Assembly: GCA_030550295.1 (NCBI GenBank)
Contig: JAUQPQ010000002.1
Location: 1-58,641 of the forward strand
Direction of reading: 5' to 3'
Length of the DNA: 58,641 nt
DNA from: Chloroflexota bacterium
GTDB taxonomy: Bacteria > Chloroflexota > Dehalococcoidia > SM23-28-2 > HRBIN24
Shown here in pieces: positions 43,477 through 52,346 of this stretch. Both the position numbers and the translations under genes were made by a program. Position 1 is the first letter of the stretch, and every line of letters starts with the position of its first letter. Below the pieces are notes generated by a model. The model saw only the letters and a program-made list of their open reading frames with translations. It was not told where the DNA came from and made no database searches.

Positions 43477-44873
43477 GGCCCTTCCTTCAAAAGGTGCCGG
43501 GCCAGGGCTATCTGCTCCCGAACCCGTTGGGGGGATGTCCCTCCTGGATGGTCACGGTCTTTCACAGCAGTCCAGGGGTCTAGGGCCAAGTCCTCCTCCT
43601 TAAAGAAAGGGCAAAAGCGGCGCATCTCGTCCAGGGTGAGGTGGGAGAGATCTTTCCCCGCCTCCCTCAGGTATGAAAAGAGCTCCTTTACCGCCTGATG
43701 GGCCTGGCGGAAGGGCATGCCCCTTTTTACTAGACGGTCGGCCAAATCGGTGGCCAGAAGGGCAGGGTCTTGGGCCGCCTTTTCTAGGACATCAATACGG
43801 AACTGTAGACGAGACAGCATGGCTGCAAACAGGCGCAAGGTAGAGATGAGGGCATCGGCAGACTCGAAGAGAGGCACCTTGTCCTCCTGCAGGTCGCGGT
43901 TGTAGGCGAGGGGAAGGCCCTTGATGATGCCTAAAAGGGCGACCAAGTGCCCAGCTACGCGGGCTGCTTTTGCCCGGGCCAGCTCGGCCAGATCGGGGTT
44001 ACGTTTTTGGGGCATAATGGACGAGCCGGTGGCGAATTCCTGGGGAAGCTCTAAGAAAGCGAAGGGGGGACTCGCCCAAAGCACTACCTCCTCAGCCAGA
44101 CGCGAGAGATGGGTAAGGCAGATGGCAGCAGCGGCTACAAATTCTACCGCGAAGTCCCGGCTGGACACAGCGTCCACCGAGTTGGGGGACAGGCGGGAGA
44201 ATCCTAGCTGCTGCGCCAAGAACTGCCTGTCTATGGGATAGGGGACGCCGGCCAGGGCACCAGCGCCTAAAGGCAGCTCATCGGCCCTGACACGGCACCC
44301 CTCCAGCCTCTCCCGGTCCCGCTCCAACATCCAGAAGTAGGCCATGAGATGGTGGGATAGTAGCAAGGGCTGGGCACCCTGGAGATGGGTGTAGCCAGGC
44401 ATAACCACGCCCAGGTGGGCCTCCGCCTTGTCCAAGATGGCCCTCTGGAGCTCGCGCAGGGCCCTTATCGCCTCTTGACAGGCATCCATTACGAAGAGGC
44501 GCAGGTCGGTGGCGATAAGGTCGTTGCGGGAACGGGCGGTATGAAGCTTTCCCGCTACCTCCCCCACCTTCTCGAACAGTCGCGCCTCGATGTTCATGTG
44601 GATATCTTCCAGCTCCTGGCGGAAGGGGAAAGCCCCAGCCTCTATCTCCTCCCTTATCTCCTCCAAGGCCTGGGCCAACTTCTGGGCCTCCTCGGGGGCG
44701 ATGATCCCTTGACGGGCCAACATGCGGGCATGGGCTATGGAGCAGGCGATGTCATACCGGTAGAGGCGCCGGTCCCAGTGGAGGGAAGCAGAATAGGCGA
44801 GGGCTAAGGGATGTAGTCCTTGGGCGGTAGGGCTTGTTGGGCTGGGGCTCTCCGGGTTAGACATGGCAGCCAC
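43473..44873 (-). CDS. argH: Argininosuccinate lyase
   Basis: Fumarate-lyase signature GSSIMPQKRNPD, and SIAHARML and TARSRND motifs. Confidence 0.9.
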   Translation of the reverse strand: MAAMSNPESPSPTSPTAQGLHPLALAYSASLHWDRRLYRYDIACSIAHARMLARQGIIAPEEAQKLAQALEEIREEIEAGAFPFRQELEDIHMNIEARLFEKVGEVAGKLHTARSRNDLIATDLRLFVMDACQEAIRALRELQRAILDKAEAHLGVVMPGYTHLQGAQPLLLSHHLMAYFWMLERDRERLEGCRVRADELPLGAGALAGVPYPIDRQFLAQQLGFSRLSPNSVDAVSSRDFAVEFVAAAAICLTHLSRLAEEVVLWASPPFAFLELPQEFATGSSIMPQKRNPDLAELARAKAARVAGHLVALLGIIKGLPLAYNRDLQEDKVPLFESADALISTLRLFAAMLSRLQFRIDVLEKAAQDPALLATDLADRLVKRGMPFRQAHQAVKELFSYLREAGKDLSHLTLDEMRRFCPFFKEEDLALDPWTAVKDRDHPGGTSPQRVREQIALARHLLKEGP

Positions 44874-44911
44874 ACTATATAAGGGTACGCATTTGCCCCT
44901 TCCCTCACAGG

Positions 44912-45685
44912 CTACTGGAGGATAGGGATCTCCAAGAGCTGGGATATGGAATCGATAGCATAATCGGGCGAAACTTCGCCGATGGCATCAGGCGGGTCAG
45001 TGGTGTCCTCTACAGGCTCGTCCTTGGGGGGACGGCGCCAGATGGTGTACATGCCTAGGGCTTTCGCCCCGGCCACGTCAGCTCGCAGGGAGTCGCCCAC
45101 CATAGCTACCTCATGGGGCTCCAGGCCCATCTCCTTTAGGGCCACCTGGAATATGTAAGGATGGGGCTTCATGTAGCCTACTACACAGGACACCACCACT
45201 ACCTCGAAGAAGGAAGAGAGGCCCATCTCATCTAGCTCCTGCCAGAAGCGGGGCCCGGCCCATCCCCGGTTGGTCACCGATCCTAGGCGCAGGCCCCTCT
45301 GGCGCAACGCCTCAAGGGTGGGTATCACATCGGGGAAGAGCTCCCTGCCCAAGAACTTCCCCCCTAAGTTCCAGGTGTCCCACAGCTCCTCTGCCTGGGG
45401 ACGGCTTAACTCGATGCCCACCCGGGCCGCTACCTCACGGCAGATCTCAGGGTAATCGGGGCTGCGCAGGTCACCGTGGAAGGCCTTATCGGTGGCCTCT
45501 TCGATGGCCAGGCGGATATCGCGGGGAAGAAAGCGTCGGTCCTGGGTGACCTTATAGCCCCACCGCCGCAAAAGCCTAGAGACACGGGCGACAGTCTCGG
45601 CCCTTACCACCTCCACCGATGGCATGCGGGGGAAGTGCCAGAGAGTATCGCCCAAGTCCAGCAGTAAGGCCTTTATTTCTGGCAT
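44912..45685 (-). CDS. HAD-superfamily hydrolase
   Basis: ORF trimmed to MPEIKALLLDLGDTLW (motif I). VGDSLRADVAGA (motif IV). The start lies 1 nt after the argG stop. Confidence 0.7.
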   Translation of the reverse strand: MPEIKALLLDLGDTLWHFPRMPSVEVVRAETVARVSRLLRRWGYKVTQDRRFLPRDIRLAIEEATDKAFHGDLRSPDYPEICREVAARVGIELSRPQAEELWDTWNLGGKFLGRELFPDVIPTLEALRQRGLRLGSVTNRGWAGPRFWQELDEMGLSSFFEVVVVSCVVGYMKPHPYIFQVALKEMGLEPHEVAMVGDSLRADVAGAKALGMYTIWRRPPKDEPVEDTTDPPDAIGEVSPDYAIDSISQLLEIPILQ

Positions 45686-45686
45686 A

Positions 45687-46883
45687 TCATTCCTCCCTGC
45701 CCTGAGCCTGGGCCTGGACCCTGGCTGGCAGCCCCCAGATGTGTATGAAACCAGGGGAGGCCCGATGGTCAAACTTGTCGCCAGCCTCATAGGTGGCGAG
45801 AGAGAAGTCGTAAAGGCTGTGGGGGGACTTGCGACCCACCACCACCGCCTGGCCCTGGAAGAGCTTCATACGCACCGTCCCAGTTACAAAGCGTTGGGTA
45901 GAGGCTATATAGGCGTCTAGGTCTTGCCGGTGGCGGGTAAACCAGAGGCCGTAATAGACCAGCTCAGCATATTCTTGGGCTATCCGCTGCTTGAAACGCC
46001 TCTGCTCCCGTGAAAGAGTTAACTGCTCTAGGGCCTCGTGGGCTGTGAGGAGTATGACAGCCGCCGGCGCCTCGTAGACCTCCCGTGTCTTTATGCCCAC
46101 AAGGCGGTCTTCTACCATGTCGATGCGCCCTACCCCCTGCTCTCCTCCCAGCTCGTTCAGGCGTCGCACTAGCTCCACTGGCCCCATCTCCTTGCCGTCC
46201 AAGGCTACAGGCACCCCTTGATGGAAGGTGATCTCCACATAGATAGGTTCCCGTGCCCAACGTGAGGGAGGGGCTGTCCATAAGAAGACCTCCTCCGGCG
46301 GCTCCTGCCACGGATCCTCTAGAGGGCCACACTCTATGGAGCGGCCCCAAAGATTGGCGTCCACCGAGTAAGGGCTCCCTTGGCTGAGAGGGACGGGTAT
46401 GCCCTTCTCCTGGGCGTAGCGCAACTCCGCCTCCCGGTCCATGTCCCACTCGCGCACCGGGGCCACGATGCGTAGGTGGGGCGCCAACGCCTGAACCGAT
46501 ACGTCGAAGCGCACCTGGTCGTTGCCCTTCCCGGTACAGCCGTGGGCGACCGCTGTTGCCCCCTCTTCTTGGGCCACCTCCACCAGGCACTTAGCGATGA
46601 GGGGACGCGATAAGGCAGTGGCCAGGGGATAATGACCCTGGTACAGGGCACCGGCCTTGAGGGCCTTAAAGGCATAGTCGCGAAGGAAGCTTTCCTTGAC
46701 ATCACGCCAGACGAACTTGACCGCCCCAGCAGCCAAGGCTCTCCCCTGGACCTCTTCCCGCTCCCGGTCCAGCCCTAAGTCCACGGTAAGGGCTACCACC
46801 TCGTAGCCCTTATCAGCCAGCCAGCGCACCGCCACCGAGGTGTCTAGCCCCCCTGAATAGGCCAACACAACCTTTTCGCCCAT
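45687..46883 (-). CDS. argG: Argininosuccinate synthase
   Basis: VVLAYSGGLDTS ATP-PPase motif and GCTGKGNDQVRF. Confidence 0.95.
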   Translation of the reverse strand: MGEKVVLAYSGGLDTSVAVRWLADKGYEVVALTVDLGLDREREEVQGRALAAGAVKFVWRDVKESFLRDYAFKALKAGALYQGHYPLATALSRPLIAKCLVEVAQEEGATAVAHGCTGKGNDQVRFDVSVQALAPHLRIVAPVREWDMDREAELRYAQEKGIPVPLSQGSPYSVDANLWGRSIECGPLEDPWQEPPEEVFLWTAPPSRWAREPIYVEITFHQGVPVALDGKEMGPVELVRRLNELGGEQGVGRIDMVEDRLVGIKTREVYEAPAAVILLTAHEALEQLTLSREQRRFKQRIAQEYAELVYYGLWFTRHRQDLDAYIASTQRFVTGTVRMKLFQGQAVVVGRKSPHSLYDFSLATYEAGDKFDHRASPGFIHIWGLPARVQAQAQGREE

Positions 46884-46886
46884 AAC

Positions 46887-48071
46887 CTAGCCCTCCACCT
46901 GGGAGATGGCCCTCTCCAGGACCTCTACCCCCCAAGCGAGCTCTTCCTCCGATATCACCAGGGGTGGCATGATGCGGACAGCGTTGGGACGTACGTTATT
47001 TAGGAGGACCCCCTCTTTGAGGGCGGCAAGGACTACCTGCTGGGCCACGTCCCTTTTAAGCTCCACAGCCCATAAAAGGCCCTTCCCACGCACCTCCTTA
47101 ACTAAAGGATGACAGCTGGCCAGGTCCTGAAGAAGCCCACCAAGGAATCGCCCCTTCTGGGCTACCTGGGAGGGGATCCCCTCCTCTACCATGGTGCGCA
47201 AAGTGACCAAGGCGGCCCGACAAGCAAGGGGATTGCCGCCAAAGGTGGATCCGTGGTCTCCAGGCTCCAGCACGGCGCACTGCTCCCCAGCCAAAAAGGC
47301 CCCTATGGGGAAGCCCCCCGCAAGCCCTTTGGCCACCGCCAGAACATCGGGTGGGGATTGACACAGCTGATAGGCGAAGAAGGCACCACAGCGTCCCAGC
47401 CCCGTTTGCACCTCGTCCAGCATGAAGAGGATCCCTGCCTGCTGACACCACTCCCTCACCTGGGGCAAGTAATCCTCAGGAGGGACGATGACGCCGTTTT
47501 CTCCCTGGATGGGCTCCAAGAGGACGGCTGCCGTTAAGGGGGTAGTAGCGCGCTTTATAGCCTCTACATCGCCATAAGGGACGCGCACGAAGCCTGGAGG
47601 AAGGGGGGTAAAAGGTTCAGCGTAATGTCCCCCTCCTGCAGCTAAGGTAGCCAAAGTCCGCCCATGGAAGGCCCCCTCAGCTACGATGATCTCGTAGGCC
47701 CCCTGGCGGCGCACCTTGCCCCACTTGCGGGCCAACTTTATGCACCCCTCCACCGCCTCTGCCCCCGAATTGCAGAAAAAGACCCTATCAAGCCCCGAGA
47801 GCTCACAAAGGAGGTGGGCTAACTCCAGCTGCGGTATGGTGTAGAAGAGGTTGGATACGTGCATCAGCTCCCGGGCCTGTGATGCTATCGCCTCCACCAG
47901 GGCAGGATGACTATGGCCTAGGCTAACACAGGCGATGCCAGCTACCAAATCCAGGTAGCGGCGTCCCTCCTCGTCATATACGTAACATCCTTCACCCCGC
48001 ACTAATACCACGGGAAGGCGCCGTGCCACCTGGAAGTAATGGCGCCGCTCCAGCTCCTGCCAGCGGCCCAT
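46887..48071 (-). CDS. argD: Acetylornithine aminotransferase (class III PLP aminotransferase)
   Basis: FFCNSGAEAVE, DEVQTGLGRCG and a class III pattern; position in the arg cluster. Confidence 0.85.
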   Translation of the reverse strand: MGRWQELERRHYFQVARRLPVVLVRGEGCYVYDEEGRRYLDLVAGIACVSLGHSHPALVEAIASQARELMHVSNLFYTIPQLELAHLLCELSGLDRVFFCNSGAEAVEGCIKLARKWGKVRRQGAYEIIVAEGAFHGRTLATLAAGGGHYAEPFTPLPPGFVRVPYGDVEAIKRATTPLTAAVLLEPIQGENGVIVPPEDYLPQVREWCQQAGILFMLDEVQTGLGRCGAFFAYQLCQSPPDVLAVAKGLAGGFPIGAFLAGEQCAVLEPGDHGSTFGGNPLACRAALVTLRTMVEEGIPSQVAQKGRFLGGLLQDLASCHPLVKEVRGKGLLWAVELKRDVAQQVVLAALKEGVLLNNVRPNAVRIMPPLVISEEELAWGVEVLERAISQVEG

Positions 48072-48076
48072 ATCCC

Positions 48077-48985
48077 TTAGCCCTTAGGGGGTACTACCAA
48101 AACTGGCATCCTCCCTTCCCTTACTACCGCCTCGGTGACCCCTCCCAGAAGCTTTATGAGCCCCTTGCGCGCACGACTGGCCATGACGATAAGGGTGGGG
48201 CCATTGCGGCTGGCCCAGGAGACGATAGCATCTACAGGGGAGCCCCCCATGACATCCCAGTCCACCTGTAGACCTTTCTCCATCAGGCGTCGCCCTATCC
48301 CTGCCAGATAGCCCGAGGCGAGCACATCTAACCGTCTATGGTAGGTGCTGGAGGAGTCCCAGAGGATGACGTTGGCCGCCCCCACAGGCACCACCACTGT
48401 GGTAGGCAACACCTGTATTAGGCTTATAGGCAACGATAGGATGCCCGCCAACTCCTCAGCGTATGGTAAGGCGGCTTCGGCGCCCTCACTACCATCAAGG
48501 GGCACCAATAGCCGACTTATGCGGCTGGGGGCAGTCCAGAAGCGCCTACGCCTTTGGGGACGTACCATCAGCACCGGCATCGGCGAAGCCTGTAAGACGC
48601 GACTGGCGACGCTGCCTATAACCGTCCCAGGAAAGACCCCACGCCCTCTGGTGCACATGGCTATCAGGTCATACCCCTCTTCCTGGGCCTTGTGGACGAT
48701 GATATCGGCCGGGTGCCCGTACACTACCTCGGTCTGCACGGTGATACCGAGGTCCCTTAGGCCTTGGGCGAGCCCCTCTAAGTAGTCGCGCACGGTGGCG
48801 GTAATCCGTTCTCTCTGGGCCCTTGTCCCCGCCTCCACCTCTTCATCCGCCGTCTCCACAGGGGACTCCAGTACATGGAGTAGGCAGAGGCTGGTACCTA
48901 ACCTTGGGGCCAGGAAGGTCAGTGGTTTAAGAATGGCCTCCGAGCGATGGGAACCGTCTAGGGCTACAAGAGCCTTCCGGAACAT
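48077..48985 (-). CDS. Tandem universal stress protein (2 x Usp domains)
   Basis: Two repeats of the Usp pattern (ALVALDGS...MCTRGRG...GSVASRVL and LLVPLDGS...MASRARKG...GGVTEAVV). Confidence 0.75.
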   Translation of the reverse strand: MFRKALVALDGSHRSEAILKPLTFLAPRLGTSLCLLHVLESPVETADEEVEAGTRAQRERITATVRDYLEGLAQGLRDLGITVQTEVVYGHPADIIVHKAQEEGYDLIAMCTRGRGVFPGTVIGSVASRVLQASPMPVLMVRPQRRRRFWTAPSRISRLLVPLDGSEGAEAALPYAEELAGILSLPISLIQVLPTTVVVPVGAANVILWDSSSTYHRRLDVLASGYLAGIGRRLMEKGLQVDWDVMGGSPVDAIVSWASRNGPTLIVMASRARKGLIKLLGGVTEAVVREGRMPVLVVPPKG

Positions 48986-49021
48986 GCTAACCTCCCTTCT
49001 CCACCAATATTTGGCTCTAGT

Positions 49022-49798
49022 TTAACCGATCCTCGTACCTTCCGGCTCTCCCTTTAAGCATTGGACGATAGCCCCCGGGCGGCGACCGTCGACGATGAAG
49101 ACGGTCACTCCTGCCTCTGCTGCCCGGAGGGCAGCCTCCACCTTGGGCACCATCCCTCCCGAGATCTCTCCCGAGGCGATGAGGGCCCACGCCTCTTGCG
49201 GGGATAGGTGAGGCGTGGGACGACCGGACACCATCACCCCCGGCACGTCAGTGAGGAGCAAAAGGACGCTAGCCGGTAGGGAGGCCGCCACCACGGCCGC
49301 CGCCAAGTCAGCATTTACGTTAAGGAGGCGCCCAGTAGGCTGACCATCCTGCCACTCCAAGGCCACAGGGGCGATAACAGGCATAAGCCCCTGCCCCAAA
49401 AGGGACGCCAAGAGGGCGCCGTTTACCTCTTCCACTTCCCCAACGAGGCCTAAACGGGGGTGACGGATGCGAGCACGTAGGAGGGCCCCATCGGCCCCAG
49501 AAAGGCCAATGGCAGGGGCCCCCAACGCCTGCAGGGAGGCTACCATAGACTTGTTCACCAGCCCTGCCAAGACGGCCACCACCACTTCTAAGGTATCCTG
49601 ATCGGTGATGCGCTGGCCCTGCCAGAACTGGGCCTGGGCCCCCAGCCGCTGCGACCATTGGGATATGAGGGCTCCCCCGCCGTGCAGAATTACCAGGGAG
49701 ATCCCCTCCCTCCATAGATCGGCCGCCTGGGCCAGGGTGGGGTCGTGGTCCCCCCAGGTAGACCCTCCCACCTTGATGACCACTGGCTGCATGGACAT
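49022..49798 (-). CDS. argB: Acetylglutamate kinase
   Basis: VIKVGGS, VILHGGG, and amino-acid-kinase fold motifs. Confidence 0.85.
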   Translation of the reverse strand: MSMQPVVIKVGGSTWGDHDPTLAQAADLWREGISLVILHGGGALISQWSQRLGAQAQFWQGQRITDQDTLEVVVAVLAGLVNKSMVASLQALGAPAIGLSGADGALLRARIRHPRLGLVGEVEEVNGALLASLLGQGLMPVIAPVALEWQDGQPTGRLLNVNADLAAAVVAASLPASVLLLLTDVPGVMVSGRPTPHLSPQEAWALIASGEISGGMVPKVEAALRAAEAGVTVFIVDGRRPGAIVQCLKGEPEGTRIG

Positions 49799-49804
49799 CC
49801 TACC

Positions 49805-51013
49805 TCAGGTGGTATATAGGCTGTTGAGGCGCACGTAGTCTTCAGTGAGGTCAGAGCCCCAGGCAGTGGCGTGGGCCTCCCCCAAGCCGAGGTGGGCCCG
49901 CAACCTCACCACCGGTTCCGAAAGGAGGGCCTTAGCACGCCTATCATCGAAAGGCTGAGGGTGGCCTCCCAAAAAGAAGCAGATATGGTCGCCCTGGGGG
50001 TCTAAGAGCCAGAGGGCCAAGGAGCCCAGCTCTAGACGACAGCCTGAATTGCCCAGGGCAGCTACTACCCGGCCCCAATTGGGGTCAGCCCCTTTTATGG
50101 CCGTCTTCACACCTAGGGAGCGCACCACCTCACGGGCAGCCCGACGCGCTTCGGCCAGGGACACAGCACCCTCTACCGTCATCTCTATGACCTTGCCTGC
50201 CCCTTCGGCATCGGCCACCAAGGCGCGGGCCATATCCTGACAGAGGGCAGATAAGGCCTGACGGAAGGGCTGCCCCAAAGGATGGTCATCATCTATGGGA
50301 GGCCCTTCGCCGTTGGCCATGACCACCACCATGTCATTGGTGCTCGTGTCCGAGTCTACATCGATCATGTTGAAGGAGGAGTCCACTGCCTCCTTCAGAG
50401 CTTCCTGGAGGAAAGGCTGGGCGACGGGGGCATCAGTAGTGATAAAGCAGAGCATGGTGGCCAGGTTGGGGTGGATCATGCCGGCCCCCTTCGCTACAGC
50501 CCCCAGGCAGTAGGGCCCCAGGGCATAGGCCCCATATTTGGGGCGAGTATCGGTGGTCATAATGGCCATCGCCAAGTCCTTCCCCCCAGTCCTGGTGAGG
50601 GAGATAGAGGCTATGGCCTTGGCCACCTTGTCCATGGGCAAGAAGGTGCCTATTACCCCTGTAGAGGCCACTACTACGTCCTTGGGGGATATGCCCATGT
50701 GTTGGGCAGCCAGCTGGGCCATCCGACGGGCGTCTTCTAGGCCCCTTGAGCCAGTGGCGGCGTTGGCACACCCTGAGTTGACTACTAATCCCTGGGCCCG
50801 GCCGTCGGCCAAGTGCTCCATCGTTACCAAAAGGGGAGCCGCCTTGACTGCGTTGGCCGTATATACAGCTGCCGCCACGCAAGGCCTCTCTGAGTATAGG
50901 AGGCCCAGGTCAGGCTTGTTGGGGTTGTAGCGGATGCCTGCATGGACGGCCCCGGCTAGGAACCCCTCGGGCATCGTCACGGTGCCACCTTCTATCTTCT
51001 GGGGCGCAGTCAT
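49805..51013 (-). CDS. argJ: Bifunctional ornithine acetyltransferase / N-acetylglutamate synthase
   Basis: Autoprocessing site PNLATMLCFITTDA, and the GFLAGAVHAGIR N-terminus. Confidence 0.9.
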   Translation of the reverse strand: MTAPQKIEGGTVTMPEGFLAGAVHAGIRYNPNKPDLGLLYSERPCVAAAVYTANAVKAAPLLVTMEHLADGRAQGLVVNSGCANAATGSRGLEDARRMAQLAAQHMGISPKDVVVASTGVIGTFLPMDKVAKAIASISLTRTGGKDLAMAIMTTDTRPKYGAYALGPYCLGAVAKGAGMIHPNLATMLCFITTDAPVAQPFLQEALKEAVDSSFNMIDVDSDTSTNDMVVVMANGEGPPIDDDHPLGQPFRQALSALCQDMARALVADAEGAGKVIEMTVEGAVSLAEARRAAREVVRSLGVKTAIKGADPNWGRVVAALGNSGCRLELGSLALWLLDPQGDHICFFLGGHPQPFDDRRAKALLSEPVVRLRAHLGLGEAHATAWGSDLTEDYVRLNSLYTT

Positions 51014-51024
51014 GGCTTGCCTCC

Positions 51025-52065
51025 TTAAGGGAAGAGAGGGGGAATCTCAAGGCCCATCGTCTCCGGCAGGCCCAGGAGTATGTTCATGTTCTGGACTGCC
51101 TGGCCTGCTGCCCCCTTCACTAGGTTATCAATGGCGCTTACCACAATTAGCCGCTCGCCGCTGGCGTCCACGGTAGGGTACACTAGGCACATGTTGCTTC
51201 CCTGGACATGCTTGGTGGAGGGAGGCTCAGAACAAATGCGGACGAAGGGTTCCCCTTGGTAAAACTGCTCGTAGAGGTCACGGACGGCGCGGCGGCCAGC
51301 CTCACCTGAGGGGAGGCCCCCTGGACGTAGGGGCGCATAGCAAGTGGTGAGGATTCCCCTGGTCATGGGCACTAGATGGGGGACGAAAGTGACCCGAGGA
51401 CGCCCCCCCTCAACTAGGAGGGCCGATATCTCCTGCACCATCTCCGGCAGGTGGCGGTGCCCACCAAGACCGTAGGCGCTGACGCTCTCGTTTACCTCCG
51501 AGAAGTGGTAACGTAGGTCTACCGTCCTCCCCGCCCCTGAGACGCCTGACTTGGCGTCCACTATTATGTCTGGGGTGATTAAACCTTCCTTTAAGGCGGG
51601 GGCCAGCGCCAAGAGGGCCCCCGTAGGGTAACAGCCAGGGTTGGCCACCAAATGAGCCCCCTTTAAGCGCTCACGGTAGATCTCAGGCAGCCCATATACC
51701 CCTTGCCCCAAGTAGTGGGGAGCCGGATGCTCGCCTCCATACCATTGGGCGTACTCCTGAGGATCGCGCAGGCGAAAATCGGCCGAAAGGTCGATCACCA
51801 GGACCCCTGATTCAAGGAATGGTACTAAGGCCTGGGCACTGGCCCCATGGGGAAGGGCCGAAAAGACGACGTCTACCTCGTCCGCTATCTCTTGGGCCAC
51901 CGTGATGTCCCATTGGGCGAGATGGGGAAACACCTGGCCCAACGCCTTACCTGCTCCTGAACGTCCGGTGGCGGCTATCACCTTCACCTGGGGATGAGCA
52001 TGCAGGATGCGGGCCAGCTCTGCCCCAGCGTAGCCGGTAACGTTTAAGATGCCTAACCTGATCAC
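51025..52065 (-). CDS. argC: N-acetyl-gamma-glutamyl-phosphate reductase
   Basis: ORF 51025-52095 trimmed to GTG 52065, preceded by GGAGGTG with a 5-nt spacer; the ATG at 52095 lies inside the tail of the upstream terminator hairpin. Motifs: GILNVTGYAGAEL and active-site NPGCYPT. Confidence 0.85.
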   Translation of the reverse strand: MIRLGILNVTGYAGAELARILHAHPQVKVIAATGRSGAGKALGQVFPHLAQWDITVAQEIADEVDVVFSALPHGASAQALVPFLESGVLVIDLSADFRLRDPQEYAQWYGGEHPAPHYLGQGVYGLPEIYRERLKGAHLVANPGCYPTGALLALAPALKEGLITPDIIVDAKSGVSGAGRTVDLRYHFSEVNESVSAYGLGGHRHLPEMVQEISALLVEGGRPRVTFVPHLVPMTRGILTTCYAPLRPGGLPSGEAGRRAVRDLYEQFYQGEPFVRICSEPPSTKHVQGSNMCLVYPTVDASGERLIVVSAIDNLVKGAAGQAVQNMNILLGLPETMGLEIPPLFP

Positions 52066-52086
52066 TGCCCCACCTCCAGATTGTGT

Positions 52087-52127
52087 AAAAAGCATGGGGC
52101 CCCACTGCTCGGCTGGCAGTGGGGCCC
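52087..52127 (-). terminator. Intrinsic-terminator-like hairpin in the arg operon leader (attenuator candidate)
   Basis: Minus strand: GGGCCCCACTGC (52127-52116), loop cagccga, GCAGTGGGGCCC (52108-52097), then CATGC and TTTTT (52091-87). The stem is 12 bp, all Watson-Crick. Confidence 0.5.
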
Positions 52128-52163
52128 TCCTATCGTTCTAACCCTTCTGGCCGCGATGGCGCT

Positions 52164-52232
52164 CTAAGGCCCCCCGCCAGCCCTACCTCGAAGGGCTCGT
52201 CGTCGCATCTGGCGGAAGGCCCATGCAGTCAT
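52164..52232 (-). CDS. Candidate Arg-rich leader peptide of the arg operon (22 aa)
   Basis: ATG ACT GCA TGG GCC TTC CGC CAG ATG CGA CGA CGA GCC CTT CGA GGT AGG GCT GGC GGG GGG CCT TAG, translating to MTAWAFRQMRRRALRGRAGGGP. It has 6 Arg codons including three consecutive CGA, and lies between the predicted promoter and the terminator hairpin. Confidence 0.35.
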   Translation of the reverse strand: MTAWAFRQMRRRALRGRAGGGP

Positions 52233-52241
52233 TACAGCCTT

Positions 52242-52270
52242 AACTTAGCGTTCCTGGGAGTTTGTGTCAA
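52242..52270 (-). promoter_or_regulatory. Sigma70-type promoter candidate for the arg operon
   Basis: Minus strand: TTGACA (52270-52265), 17-nt spacer, TAAGTT (52247-52242). Confidence 0.35.
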
Positions 52271-52346
52271 TCCCAATGGGCCTTATCTTTTGCTGCCCCT
52301 GCTAGGGGACTGGGGGTAGAAGCTCTCTCTGGGCTATGAGGGCAGA

